Below the pieces are notes generated by a model. That model did no database searches. It saw only the letters and a program-made list of their open reading frames with translations, and had not been told where the DNA came from. DNA of 53,172 nucleotides from assembly GCA_002790655.1 (NCBI GenBank), contig PFVO01000018.1:1-53172 (forward strand), read 5' to 3'. Both the position numbers and the translations under genes were made by a program. The number at the start of each line of letters is the position of its first letter. Position 1 is the first letter of the stretch. Source of the stretch: Candidatus Moranbacteria bacterium CG_4_9_14_3_um_filter_44_28. GTDB lineage: Bacteria > Patescibacteriota > Minisyncoccia > Moranbacterales > UBA11712. Shown here piece after piece: positions 29,523-39,063 of the stretch.

Positions 29523-30080
29523 TTATATTTCCATAATCTCCTTCTCTTTCCTCTTCCTCACTTCCTCAATCTTCCCATTATACTCATCCACCAATTTCTG
29601 CAATTGATCTTTCCCTTTGAATTTATCGTCTTCGCCCAACTTTCCGCTTTTCACCAAATCCTGAATTTCATCCCACGTTTCTTCCCGCGCCTGCCTAATT
29701 GATACGCGCGCAACTTCGGCATACTTTCCCAGAACTCTTACCAAATCCGCTCTGCGCTCCTCGTTCAGTTGCGGAATGGCAATCCGAATAACTTGTCCGT
29801 CATTGGTCGGATTGAGCCCCAATCCCGCTTCATTAATCGCTTTCTCAATATCAACTAAATTGTCCTTGCTCCAGGGCGCAATGACAATTAAGCGCGGTTC
29901 AGGAATAGTGATGCTGGCTACCTGCTTCAAGGGACTTTTTGCGCCATAGTAATCCACTTGCAAATTTTCCACCATCGCCGGATTGGCTCTCCCTGTCCGT
30001 AGTTTCCCGATTTCCTCCTTGAGCCGCTCAATCGCTTTTTCCATTTCCGGTTTTATCTTGGAAATAATTTGCTCTAGCAT
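29523..30080 (-). CDS. frr: Ribosome recycling factor
   Basis: LRTGRANP, VDYYG, NPTNDG, EERR. Confidence 0.97.
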   Translation of the reverse strand: MLEQIISKIKPEMEKAIERLKEEIGKLRTGRANPAMVENLQVDYYGAKSPLKQVASITIPEPRLIVIAPWSKDNLVDIEKAINEAGLGLNPTNDGQVIRIAIPQLNEERRADLVRVLGKYAEVARVSIRQAREETWDEIQDLVKSGKLGEDDKFKGKDQLQKLVDEYNGKIEEVRKRKEKEIMEI

Positions 30081-30102
30081 TTTTTCAAAAAATAATAATG
30101 AA

Positions 30103-31167
30103 TCAGCGTTTGTTTAACCCGACATAAATCACTTCCGGATTCTGCGGATCATACTCAACAATCTCAAGAGTCCGGTTGCTATTTGATTGAATGGGAAACC
30201 AATTCACTCCCCCATCGTTTGATTTGTAAAAAGTCTGGGCAGCCGTGCAGACTAGTTCGTCAGAATTTGCCGGATTTACATCAATTGACCTTATATTATA
30301 CTCCTCGGCCCTATTGAGAGTTTTTATTATTTCCCAGTTGTCGCCTTTATCCTTACTGCGCAGCAGCCCGTCAGATGTTCCAACATAAACCCAACCAGCT
30401 CTTGCGGGATCTGTTTTGATTGATACTGGATTTTGCAAGCCCTCTCCCGTTTCATAAAAATCGGCCAATTTTGCTTTTTGCTTCAGTTCTTCGAAGTTCG
30501 CTCCTCCATCCGCGGTGCGCAGAACACCGCTCTGAAATATCACAAAATAAATCGTGTTTGTGTCAAAATTATCATAAGCAATTCTATAAACCGCTTTTTT
30601 TTCTCTGGTCCAAAAGACGCTTCTCCAGGTTTCCCCGCCATCTCCAGAAGAAAGAATTTGTCCCTGATCCGTTCCGGCAAAAATGTTTTGAGAATTTTGC
30701 GGATTGAGCGCAAGACTCAATACCAGCGACCCGTCAGCCGGTTCCGTATAAATTTCCTTCCAGGCTTCTCCTGCATCAGTTGATTTTATTATCTTCCCCC
30801 TGCCTTCCAGGACAGTAGCCGCGTAAACAATTTTGGGATCGAATTGGTCCAAGACCACCGAGTATACCTTGATTGGAGTAGATTCAGACACCTTGAGTTG
30901 TCTCCATAATTCCCCGCCGTCCCCGGACTTGAAAATTCCGTTTGCTTTGGTCCCAAGGTACACTTCGCGGCCGTTTTGGGAATTAATAGCCAAGCTCAAA
31001 ACGTCAACTGCGTCAATTGTTTTGTTATTTTCGGCCTGATTCTTGGAAGAAAATGTTTTTCCTCCATCATTGGAACGATAAATCCCCCCATCATTTCCGG
31101 AACCCAGCGAGCAGGCGGAGAGAAAGAGAATAGAGACCGTTAGAGATAATGTTTTTATTTTTCTCAT
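30103..31167 (-). CDS. Lipoprotein with BNR/Asp-box repeats (YCF48-like beta-propeller)
   Basis: Lipobox LSAC; repeated SxDGGxxW. Confidence 0.8.
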   Translation of the reverse strand: MRKIKTLSLTVSILFLSACSLGSGNDGGIYRSNDGGKTFSSKNQAENNKTIDAVDVLSLAINSQNGREVYLGTKANGIFKSGDGGELWRQLKVSESTPIKVYSVVLDQFDPKIVYAATVLEGRGKIIKSTDAGEAWKEIYTEPADGSLVLSLALNPQNSQNIFAGTDQGQILSSGDGGETWRSVFWTREKKAVYRIAYDNFDTNTIYFVIFQSGVLRTADGGANFEELKQKAKLADFYETGEGLQNPVSIKTDPARAGWVYVGTSDGLLRSKDKGDNWEIIKTLNRAEEYNIRSIDVNPANSDELVCTAAQTFYKSNDGGVNWFPIQSNSNRTLEIVEYDPQNPEVIYVGLNKR

Positions 31168-31195
31168 AATGCTATTATAACACTAATTTTAACAC

Positions 31196-31334
31196 TGTCA
31201 TCCCGAGCGGAGACTCGATGAATAATCGAGACGCAGCCGAGGGATCTACGTTCATAATCTAATGGCCAGCCACTACGTCCGCACGCAGATTCCTCCACTC
31301 CTCCGACTTGCGTCGGAGTTCGGTCGGAATGACA
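31196..31334. repeat. TGTCAT-ended MITE-like element; sister of the miaB insert at 45821-45950
   Basis: tgtcatcccgagcgga...gagggatct...tccgcacgcagattcctccactcc...tcggaatgaca. Confidence 0.9.
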
Positions 31335-31343
31335 GATGAAAGA

Positions 31344-32144
31344 TTACTCCATCCCTAACACCAGTCCTTCCCCTATCGCTCTCGGACTGGCATTCGTACG
31401 TTCCAGCTGATTGATTGCTTCTCTCGTTTTTTTAATGATTTCAATGACTTTCTCTGTCTTTCTTTGATCTCTCCCGCTAACCAGCTTTCTTAAGCTTTCC
31501 GCCGCTATCATTTCCCAATCACCCAAAACCGCAAGTATTTCGTTTTTGTCTTTGGAAATTTTTTCAATATAGTCAAACTTTTTAAAAATCTCTTCTTTGA
31601 AAATTTTTCGCAATATTTCCCGATTTTCTTCCCTCCATTTTGGAAGTTCTGTTTCAGTAAATCTTAAAGCCGCGCAGCGCGAAGCAATGGTTGGTAAAAC
31701 TGATTCCACATCGCCCGCAAGAAGGATAAAGAAAGTGCTCGCCGTCGGCTCCTCAAGAATCTTGAGGAGCGCGTTTGAGGCTTCAGCGTTCATTCTGTGC
31801 GCTTTTTTTATAATACAAAACTTCCGTTCCAGCTCATACGGAAAAAACTTCAGCCGCTCCCGCATTTCGCGAATCTGTTCAATGATAATTTCCTTTTCGC
31901 GAATTCTTCCTTTTTTGTCTTCAATAATTTCCGGCCTAATAACAACAACGTCCGGGTGAATGTTTTCTTCGACTCTTCTCAAGAAGTCTTCATCGCTTGT
32001 TTTTCCAGCTAATTTCGAAATAAAATAAACTACCGCCTCTTCCTTCTCGGTTTCATCCAACCCGACAAACAAATATGAACTCGGCCGCTTCGGCGAATTT
32101 GCAAGCCGATCAAGATAAGCTTTCACTTTATAATTCATTTTCAT
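31344..32144 (-). CDS. holB: DNA polymerase III subunit delta'-like
   Basis: HPDV, ANALLKILEEP-like, LPTIASRC. Confidence 0.85.
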   Translation of the reverse strand: MKMNYKVKAYLDRLANSPKRPSSYLFVGLDETEKEEAVVYFISKLAGKTSDEDFLRRVEENIHPDVVVIRPEIIEDKKGRIREKEIIIEQIREMRERLKFFPYELERKFCIIKKAHRMNAEASNALLKILEEPTASTFFILLAGDVESVLPTIASRCAALRFTETELPKWREENREILRKIFKEEIFKKFDYIEKISKDKNEILAVLGDWEMIAAESLRKLVSGRDQRKTEKVIEIIKKTREAINQLERTNASPRAIGEGLVLGME

Positions 32145-33298
32145 AATTCTCCCGTTTTCCTAACTTCCCTGATTACCTTTTTAAAATTCTCCACAAACTT
32201 CTCTTTTGAAAACTTCTCCGCCTGTTCGCGAATTTTCTCCGGCTCATATTCTTTTTCTTTCTCCATAAACCTCCTCACTGCATCGGCCATCACTTCAATC
32301 GTTGACTCGTTGAAAAACTCCCCTGTCACGCCTTCAGTAATTGTTTCCGTCGCTCCGCCGCGCCGAAGCGCGATTACCGGCCGTCCAAAAGACATCGCTT
32401 CCACCGGCGCGATTCCAAAATCATCTTCCCCCGGAAAGACAAAGGCTCGGCACTCGGCATAATATTCTTTTATCTTTTTGTCCGGCAGCCAGCCCAAAAA
32501 CTTTGTTTTCGTCCCAGCAATTGATTTCAAAAATTTTACATATCTCGGCGAACCCTCCCCAACTACAATCAGGGGTAAATTCAGCTTATTAAAGGCCTCA
32601 ACTGCTATTTCGATTTTTTTATAAGGCGTGAGGCGGGAAACAATCAAAAAATAATCCTCCGCTTTACTCCTATCTCCCCTATTTCCCCGATTTTCCCAAT
32701 CACCCTTCATTTCCACCGGCGGATAAATCACCGCGCTCTCCCGCCCGTAATATTTTTTTATCCGCGCCTGCGTTGTCTTTGAGTTAGCGATGAAATAATC
32801 TACCCGATCGGCCGCCACCCGATCCCAGACACGGATATAATTGAGAAGAAGGCGCGCCAAAAGTTTTCTTTTGTCTCCCAATCCTTGTTCTGTTAAATAT
32901 TTTTCATTCCAATCCCAGCTGTAGCGCATCGGACTGTGGCAGTAGCAAACGTGAATCGTTTTCGGCTTCACGACGATTCCTTTCGCGAAGGCGCTGGAGG
33001 AGGAAACTACAAGATCGAAATCGCGCAAATTGAAAGTTTCCGGCACCGTCGGCATTAAAGGCAAGAGATATTTGTGTCTTTTCCGCAAAAATTTCGGGAA
33101 TTTCTGCAAAAACGACGGCCGGATGTCGGCATCTTTGAATTTTCCCCGCATTTTTTGCGGGTCATAAAGCAACGTATAAATCGGCGCATCGGGAAAAATC
33201 CCGTGAATCGCCTCGAGCACCCTCTCCGCCCCGCCGTATTGGTTCAAAAAATCGTGGACGAGAGCGACTTTCGGATTTTTAAAGTTATTCGCATTCAT
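32141..33298 (-). CDS. Glycosyltransferase family 4
   Basis: HDFLNQYGGAERV, EDFGIAPVEAM-like motif. Confidence 0.9.
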   Translation of the reverse strand: MNANNFKNPKVALVHDFLNQYGGAERVLEAIHGIFPDAPIYTLLYDPQKMRGKFKDADIRPSFLQKFPKFLRKRHKYLLPLMPTVPETFNLRDFDLVVSSSSAFAKGIVVKPKTIHVCYCHSPMRYSWDWNEKYLTEQGLGDKRKLLARLLLNYIRVWDRVAADRVDYFIANSKTTQARIKKYYGRESAVIYPPVEMKGDWENRGNRGDRSKAEDYFLIVSRLTPYKKIEIAVEAFNKLNLPLIVVGEGSPRYVKFLKSIAGTKTKFLGWLPDKKIKEYYAECRAFVFPGEDDFGIAPVEAMSFGRPVIALRRGGATETITEGVTGEFFNESTIEVMADAVRRFMEKEKEYEPEKIREQAEKFSKEKFVENFKKVIREVRKTGEL

Positions 33299-34416
33299 TA
33301 GTTTTTATCGTTCGCAACAATTAGCATTTGGGCTATGCTACTCGCGCACCTCTCCCAGCTAAACCTCTTCACATTCTCCAATCCCTTTTCTATTATATCA
33401 TTTTTATAACTTTCATCCGAAATCAATTTATAAACTGCTTCCGTAACCGCGTTTATGTCTTTCGGATCCACTAAAACCGCCCCAACACCGGTCACTTCGG
33501 GCATTGAGGAAATATTCGACGTTACCACCGGCGTTCCGACTCTTTGCGCCTCGAGAATCGGCAAACCAAATCCCTCATAAAAAGTCGGGAACAAAAACAC
33601 ATCGGCATTTTTCAACAATTCCCACTTCTCCCCATCACTCACGTACCCAGCCAAAACAATATCTTCCTTATATTTGCTATTTGCTATTTTATATTTTATA
33701 TGATTTTCTCCGTACCCAAACTTCCCCGCAAGAATCAATTTGTGTGAAATATTATATTTGCTTTTCAGAATTTCAAAGGTTTTAATCATTCCACAGATAT
33801 TTTTACGTTCTTCTAATCTCCCAACAAACAGAAAATAAGGTTTGAAAATTTTGTCATTGAAAATTTTTTGAAAATTGAAAATTGAAAATTGAAAATTATT
33901 TTCGCTGATTCCTTCATATATCACTTCAATTTTCTCCTCCGGCACTTTATATAGCTTCATCAGATCCTTCTTCGTATTCTTACTCACCGCAATCACTTTC
34001 CGTGCCCACTGGCAAGATTTTTTTATCGACCAACGCATATATAGCTTTTGCCAAAACGAATAAGCTTTCGGACAAAATTCGTATTCAAGTCCGTGAATTG
34101 TGACAATCGTATTTTTTGGGTGAAAAATAGGAACTGTATGCGCTGGGACAAATAATGCGTCCGGCGAACTAAACAGCATCTCGAGCGACAGCCGAACCTG
34201 CGTCCAGAAAATCGGCGCGCGCAAAAATTTCAATTCCCAATTTTCCGGAAGATCAAAATTCATATGCTCTTTTCTGTTGATTTTTGGATTCAGATACAAA
34301 ATCACTTGCTCGTTTTTCAATTCATCTCGCAAGTGTTTGATAACCTGATAGGAATACTCTTCAATTCCGGTTTTGTTTTTCACGAACGCTCGTGAAGCAT
34401 CGATGCCGATAAGCAT
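33298..34416 (-). CDS. Glycosyltransferase family 4 (group 1)
   Basis: IGIDASR, TGIEEY, YEGFGLPILEAQ. Confidence 0.9.
   Translation of the reverse strand: MLIGIDASRAFVKNKTGIEEYSYQVIKHLRDELKNEQVILYLNPKINRKEHMNFDLPENWELKFLRAPIFWTQVRLSLEMLFSSPDALFVPAHTVPIFHPKNTIVTIHGLEYEFCPKAYSFWQKLYMRWSIKKSCQWARKVIAVSKNTKKDLMKLYKVPEEKIEVIYEGISENNFQFSIFNFQKIFNDKIFKPYFLFVGRLEERKNICGMIKTFEILKSKYNISHKLILAGKFGYGENHIKYKIANSKYKEDIVLAGYVSDGEKWELLKNADVFLFPTFYEGFGLPILEAQRVGTPVVTSNISSMPEVTGVGAVLVDPKDINAVTEAVYKLISDESYKNDIIEKGLENVKRFSWERCASSIAQMLIVANDKN
33841..33897. repeat. In-frame TTGAAAA heptamer array in glycosyltransferase
   Basis: Encodes NNFQFSIFNFQKIFNDKIFK; matches the right arm of the 23053-23185 array. Confidence 0.8.
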
Positions 34417-34431
34417 AATATATTACAGCAA

Positions 34432-34516
34432 GCGAAAAATTAGAGTTTTTCAAGTAGGCTAACCTGTCCTGCGAAGCAGGCCAGAGCGCGATACTTTTAA
34501 AACTCTAATTTTTCGC
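34432..34516. repeat. TIR element (18-bp perfect TIR), core inverted relative to 21428 and 29418 copies
   Basis: gcgaaaaattagagtttt / aaaactctaatttttcgc; core taggctaacctg...cagagcgcgata. Confidence 0.88.
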
Positions 34517-34570
34517 GAGATAATTACCGGAATCCCTCGACGAGCTCGGGATGATTCCGCTACGGCGGAA

Positions 34571-35578
34571 TCATTTACTCATCATTATCGTCCTCTTGTA
34601 CATCTCTAAATTCTCAAGCGCGATGCCCGTTCCTTTGGCCACGCAAAGAAGCGGGTCATCGGCAACATAACATGGCACGCCGGTTGTCTTGGTAATCAAC
34701 TGATCAATGTGTTGGAGCAGCGCTCCGCCCCCGGACAAAATCATTCCCTTGTCAATCACATCGGCTGCCAGTTCCGGCGGAGTCTCCTGAAGAACCTTCT
34801 TGATTGTGTTGATAATCTCGCGAAGCTCATCTTGGATAGCCTCGGTGATTTCATTAGCGGAGACCCGAATAGTTTTAGGAAGACCGGCAATAAGATCTCG
34901 TCCTCTTACTTCAATATATTCGTCTTTAGTCTGGGGCATGGCGCTCCCGACTGCAATCTTTATCTCTTCAGCTGTCCTTTCCCCAATCGCAAGCCCATGT
35001 TTCTTTTTGATGAAATCAGCAATGGCTTGGTCAATCTTGTTTCCGCCCACTCGCGCGCTATGCGTCGCCACTACCCCGCCCAGCGAAATTATCGCCACTT
35101 CGCTTGTCCCCCCGCCAATATCAACAATCATATTCCCCGCCGCGCTGTTGATGGGAATTCCCGCCCCGATAGCCGCAAGAATCGGCTCCTTGACTACATA
35201 AGCCGTTTTGGCTCCAGCCTTGATTGTTGCGTCAACCACCGCTCTTCGCTCCGTCGAAGTCACGCCGGCCGGAATAGAAACAATTACCTCCGGACGAATC
35301 AAGCGAAAACCGCCGCTGACTTTATTTATGAAATAGCGAAGCATCGCTTCCGTAATCCGATAGTCCGCAATTACTCCGTCTTTCAGCGGTTTCATCGCTA
35401 CAATCGCTTCCGGCGTCCTGCCGAGCATTTCTTTGGCCTCATTACCAACGGCTAAAATTTTGTTGTCTATCATTGAAATCGCCACTACCGACGGTTCATT
35501 GACAACAATGCCCTTGCCCAGCAGGAAAACAAGAGTATTGGCCGTTCCCAAATCAATTCCGATTTTTTTGATAAACAC
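34571..35578 (-). CDS. mreB: Second MreB/Mbl family actin-like protein
   Basis: IGIDLGTANT, EPSVVA, DIGGGTSE. Confidence 0.93.
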   Translation of the reverse strand: MFIKKIGIDLGTANTLVFLLGKGIVVNEPSVVAISMIDNKILAVGNEAKEMLGRTPEAIVAMKPLKDGVIADYRITEAMLRYFINKVSGGFRLIRPEVIVSIPAGVTSTERRAVVDATIKAGAKTAYVVKEPILAAIGAGIPINSAAGNMIVDIGGGTSEVAIISLGGVVATHSARVGGNKIDQAIADFIKKKHGLAIGERTAEEIKIAVGSAMPQTKDEYIEVRGRDLIAGLPKTIRVSANEITEAIQDELREIINTIKKVLQETPPELAADVIDKGMILSGGGALLQHIDQLITKTTGVPCYVADDPLLCVAKGTGIALENLEMYKRTIMMSK

Positions 35579-35579
35579 A

Positions 35580-35723
35580 ATAAAAATATCAAAAATTAAA
35601 AAGCAAAAAGCAAAAATACAAATTAAAAATGAAATATAATAAAATAAAAATCTACTAAGCTCAATTTCCGATTCTTTTTAATATTTTCTTTGTATTTTTA
35701 CTATTTGCTCTTTGCTATTTAAT
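35580..35723. repeat. Heptamer inverted array (aaagcaa / ttgctat) between murA and mreB2
   Basis: A-rich heptamers followed by inverted T-rich heptamers. Confidence 0.6.
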
Positions 35724-35741
35724 ATAACATGTAATAAACAA

Positions 35742-37022
35742 TTATTTTCTTCTCGTTATATTAGCCCCGAGTTTCTGCAATCGTTCTTCAATGCGTTCAT
35801 ATCCTCTGTCAATCTGATATATATTTTCAATCCTCGTTTTCCCTTCGGCGATCAGTCCCGCGAGGACCAGCGTAATTCCCGCCCGCAAATCAGGACTGGC
35901 AATTTTGCGGCCATGCAGTTTCGTTTTCCCGTGAACCGTTGCCCGGTGCGAGTCATGCATTATGATATCCGCCCCCATCAAATTCAAAATGTCCGTGAAC
36001 ATCAGCCGGCCGTCAAAAATCGCGTCATGAACAAGACTGGCTCCGTGAGCCTGCGTCATAAGGAGCGTAAAGGGAGGCTGGAGATCCGTCGCAAATCCCG
36101 GATACTCATGAGTAACAATATTCACCGGTTTCAAATTTTTCGCGCCCCAGACAATCAACTCGTCTTTTTTTTCTTCAAACCTCACACCCGCTCTTTCAAG
36201 ATTCACAAGCAGCGCCCGAATATGATCCGGGTCGCATTTTTTGATCTTTATCCTGCTGCCGGCGAGCGCTCCGAGAATGGCGAACGTTCCCGTTTCAATT
36301 CTGTCCGGAATCAACTTCAGAATTCCGCCACCGATTTTCTTCAATCCTTTAATTATGATCGTCGGCGTTCCCGCCCCTCTTATTTTCGCGCCGCATTTAT
36401 TGAGAAACTCCGCCAGCATCGGAATTTCCGGTTCCATCGCCGCGTTCTCCAAAATCGTTTCTCCGTCCGCTAAAACGGCTGTCATCATCGTTGTTTCCGT
36501 CCCGGTCACCGTAATTTTCGGAAAAAATATCTTCGCGCCCCGCAGTTTCTTCGCGCTTATTCTGAAATGCTCATTTTGCCATTTTACTTTCGCTCCAAAT
36601 TTTTGGAACCCATCCAAAAACATATCAATCGGGCGTTTTCCAATCACGCACCCGCCCGGATGATGCATCCGCACTTCGCCCATCCTTGCTAAAACCGGAC
36701 CAGCCAAAATGATCGACGCCCGCAATTTTTTCGTGAGTTTATCGTTTAATCTGCTTTTCTTGATTTCCTTCGCCTGAATTTCGACCCAACTTCTCTCCCC
36801 ATCTCTCTTATTTCCCCGATCCCCCCGATTTACCTTCACTCCCAAATCTTCCACCATCTCCAAAATCCGATTTGTGTCTTCTATAAAGGGAAAATTCGCA
36901 ATAACCCATTTCTCTTTGGAAAGCAAAGCCGCCGCGACAGCCTTGAGCGCCGCGTTCTTGGCCCCCTTAACCTCAATTTCTCCGTTCAATTTTCTCCCGC
37001 CGATTATTTCAAAATAGGACAT
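35742..37022 (-). CDS. murA: UDP-N-acetylglucosamine 1-carboxyvinyltransferase
   Basis: GAKNAAL, LRAS, PGGCVIGKRP, PDRIE, DLRAG, IDRGY; start set at ATG 37022 (MSYFEII). Confidence 0.96.
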   Translation of the reverse strand: MSYFEIIGGRKLNGEIEVKGAKNAALKAVAAALLSKEKWVIANFPFIEDTNRILEMVEDLGVKVNRGDRGNKRDGERSWVEIQAKEIKKSRLNDKLTKKLRASIILAGPVLARMGEVRMHHPGGCVIGKRPIDMFLDGFQKFGAKVKWQNEHFRISAKKLRGAKIFFPKITVTGTETTMMTAVLADGETILENAAMEPEIPMLAEFLNKCGAKIRGAGTPTIIIKGLKKIGGGILKLIPDRIETGTFAILGALAGSRIKIKKCDPDHIRALLVNLERAGVRFEEKKDELIVWGAKNLKPVNIVTHEYPGFATDLQPPFTLLMTQAHGASLVHDAIFDGRLMFTDILNLMGADIIMHDSHRATVHGKTKLHGRKIASPDLRAGITLVLAGLIAEGKTRIENIYQIDRGYERIEERLQKLGANITRRK

Positions 37023-37374
37023 AATTGGAAGTTTTTTAGCATTGTCATTATAAATTAAACTTTCGATATTATCAACCCAAAACAAAAACCCGCCTTAGAG
37101 AGACGGGCATATTGTCAAATATTGCCAATTGGCTAAAAGTAAGGACATCTTACTTTTTAATTTTAAACACTTTTTTGTGTTTTTATTTCACCCTTCGTCG
37201 CTGCAATTTCTGGGCTCATCCTTTACTATCGCTTAGCCCAAAAATTTTAGCGGGATTTTATGTATTCTTTTATTAAAGAGCAGATTTGTTTTTTTCTACA
37301 TCACATCATTTTATATTAATTATTAAACCCTCCCATCATTTATCCCTCACCAGTTTTTTCATCTTTCCCGCACA

Positions 37375-38724
37375 CTAGTGTTCATCTGTTAAACGAGATG
37401 AAAGAAACTGGTGAGGGGCGAGTCCCAAATTATTCCTCACCGCTTCCCTTCCTGATTCGGCTGCGAAAACTTTTTGCGACGCCATAGCGGAGGCAAATAT
37501 GCCGACTATGTCAAAACCATTGTTGGGCTGAAAATAATAACCTGAAAGATTAACTTCCCCAAAAGCTTTGTTGCCAGCTTCGTCTTCCACCTTCAGTGAT
37601 ACCGAGAGCCAATCCTGTTTCGGAAAGACATGGATAAATTTCCCCGAACTGGCAAAAGTTTTTTCCGGCCCGACCTCGAAGACGCAGTTCGGTTTATTAG
37701 AGCGCACTTTGATAGCCACCTCCCTTTGTGATTCAGTCGCAAAAAGCTGGTATTCTATTTTCGGTCTGGTCGCATCAACGACAAAACCTACGTCTGATTT
37801 GGAAACATGAATTTCCTTTTTCCCGCCAGCGATAATTTCACTTTCAGTCTTAAATACATGTTCCCCTTCCTCGAGATTGGAAATTTTCGCCTTAAACCAT
37901 CCTTTGTCGTCAGACAGAGAAACCGCAACCAATTCGCCGCGATCAAAAAGACTGATTTTTGAGCCGGGTTTCGCTCGTCCAAACACCTCGGCCGTCCTGC
38001 TTGGCATACTTTCGCCTGATTGGGGACTGGTTATCACGGGTTTGTTGAAAAAAAAGCTGTTGTTTCCCTGGCCGTTTTCTTCACTGATTGGCAATTTCGG
38101 AATGACGATTTTTTCTTCTTCTTGTTTCTGCTCTCTGGTTTCAACATTTTTCTCTTCAGGTACCGGCATATTCTTGTCCCCGGAACCAAATATTTGGACA
38201 ACGACAATTGTCTTATTGCCATTGATGATTCCTTCTTTCACCGCCACTCCTATCTCTTTGTATTTTTCGTTCAGAATGTTCGCTCTGTGGGTTGAGCTTG
38301 CGAGCCAGGCTTTGTTCATCTTTTCCACCGAAACAAAATCCATCGCCAGATTTTCACCGGCATAGTTATAATCATAATTCTCCTTTTCGATCCAGTGCCA
38401 GGGGGTCGCTCTGTCGGGCGCGGTGTGGGAAAAATAGTCGTCGGCAATCATATCCCCGGCTTTCGCCATCGCCGCCCTTGCCAGTTTTTCATTCTCAACC
38501 AAATCGCCGACCCCTTTTTCTCTTCGGTCAGCATTGGCAAGACCAATGACTTTTTGAATCGTAATATCAGAAGCATAAGCCGGAGCAGAAACAGCACCGA
38601 AAGCAAGAATGGAAATCGCCACTGTTGCAACACAAAAAATTGCCAGAATTTTCTCCGGGTTATTTTTTGAGCTCACCCTATTAATCTGACTCACCCTTCT
38701 CACCCAAAATAGAATTTCAATCAT
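37375..38724 (-). CDS. CAP/SCP domain protein with Ig-like C-terminal domains
   Basis: YFSH, AGENLA, WLASSTHRANIL, VQIFG. Confidence 0.85.
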   Translation of the reverse strand: MIEILFWVRRVSQINRVSSKNNPEKILAIFCVATVAISILAFGAVSAPAYASDITIQKVIGLANADRREKGVGDLVENEKLARAAMAKAGDMIADDYFSHTAPDRATPWHWIEKENYDYNYAGENLAMDFVSVEKMNKAWLASSTHRANILNEKYKEIGVAVKEGIINGNKTIVVVQIFGSGDKNMPVPEEKNVETREQKQEEEKIVIPKLPISEENGQGNNSFFFNKPVITSPQSGESMPSRTAEVFGRAKPGSKISLFDRGELVAVSLSDDKGWFKAKISNLEEGEHVFKTESEIIAGGKKEIHVSKSDVGFVVDATRPKIEYQLFATESQREVAIKVRSNKPNCVFEVGPEKTFASSGKFIHVFPKQDWLSVSLKVEDEAGNKAFGEVNLSGYYFQPNNGFDIVGIFASAMASQKVFAAESGREAVRNNLGLAPHQFLSSRLTDEH

Positions 38725-38760
38725 TCAACGCACGAGCTCACCCCACTCTAAAATAAATAC

Positions 38761-38858
38761 GATGCTAATCTACTAATCTTATGCTAATCAACGAATTGTG
38801 AATCTACGAATAATTTATTCGTGATTCGTAGATTGGCATTCATTCGTTGATTCGCATC
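38761..38858. repeat. Inverted array of aatctacgaat / attcgtagatt-type units
   Basis: gatgctaatc...aatctacgaat / attcgtagatt...gattcgcatc. Confidence 0.7.
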
Positions 38859-38903
38859 ACATATACAAAAAAGTGATTCACACCCAAGTAAATCACCCTT
38901 CTT

Positions 38904-38945
38904 GCCCCGTGAAATTGCCACGAAGCGGCACTATTTCATCGGGGT
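38904..38945. repeat. Palindromic element related to the aminotransferase insert
   Basis: ccccgtgaaat-tgccacgaagcggca-ct-atttcatcgggg. Confidence 0.7.
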
Positions 38946-39063
38946 GCAAAACCCCCAAATATTGGATTCTGCGCTACTATTACTATTACTATTATATAAC
39001 CTTTTTTCTTCTTAGTCAATCGAAAATCCAGAAAATACGGATCAAAGACTTGACAAATTCAAA

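Noticed and set aside
27033..35578. Two mreB paralogs as a novelty
   Set aside because: Multiple MreB/Mbl paralogs are common and not remarkable by themselves.
34709..36473. Long plus-strand ORFs (248 aa, 253 aa)
   Set aside because: Antisense to mreB2 and murA, with no recognisable motifs.
37023..37085. Extended murA N-terminus from the ORF track
   Set aside because: Homology begins at MSYFEII; the extension covers promoter-like AT-rich sequence.
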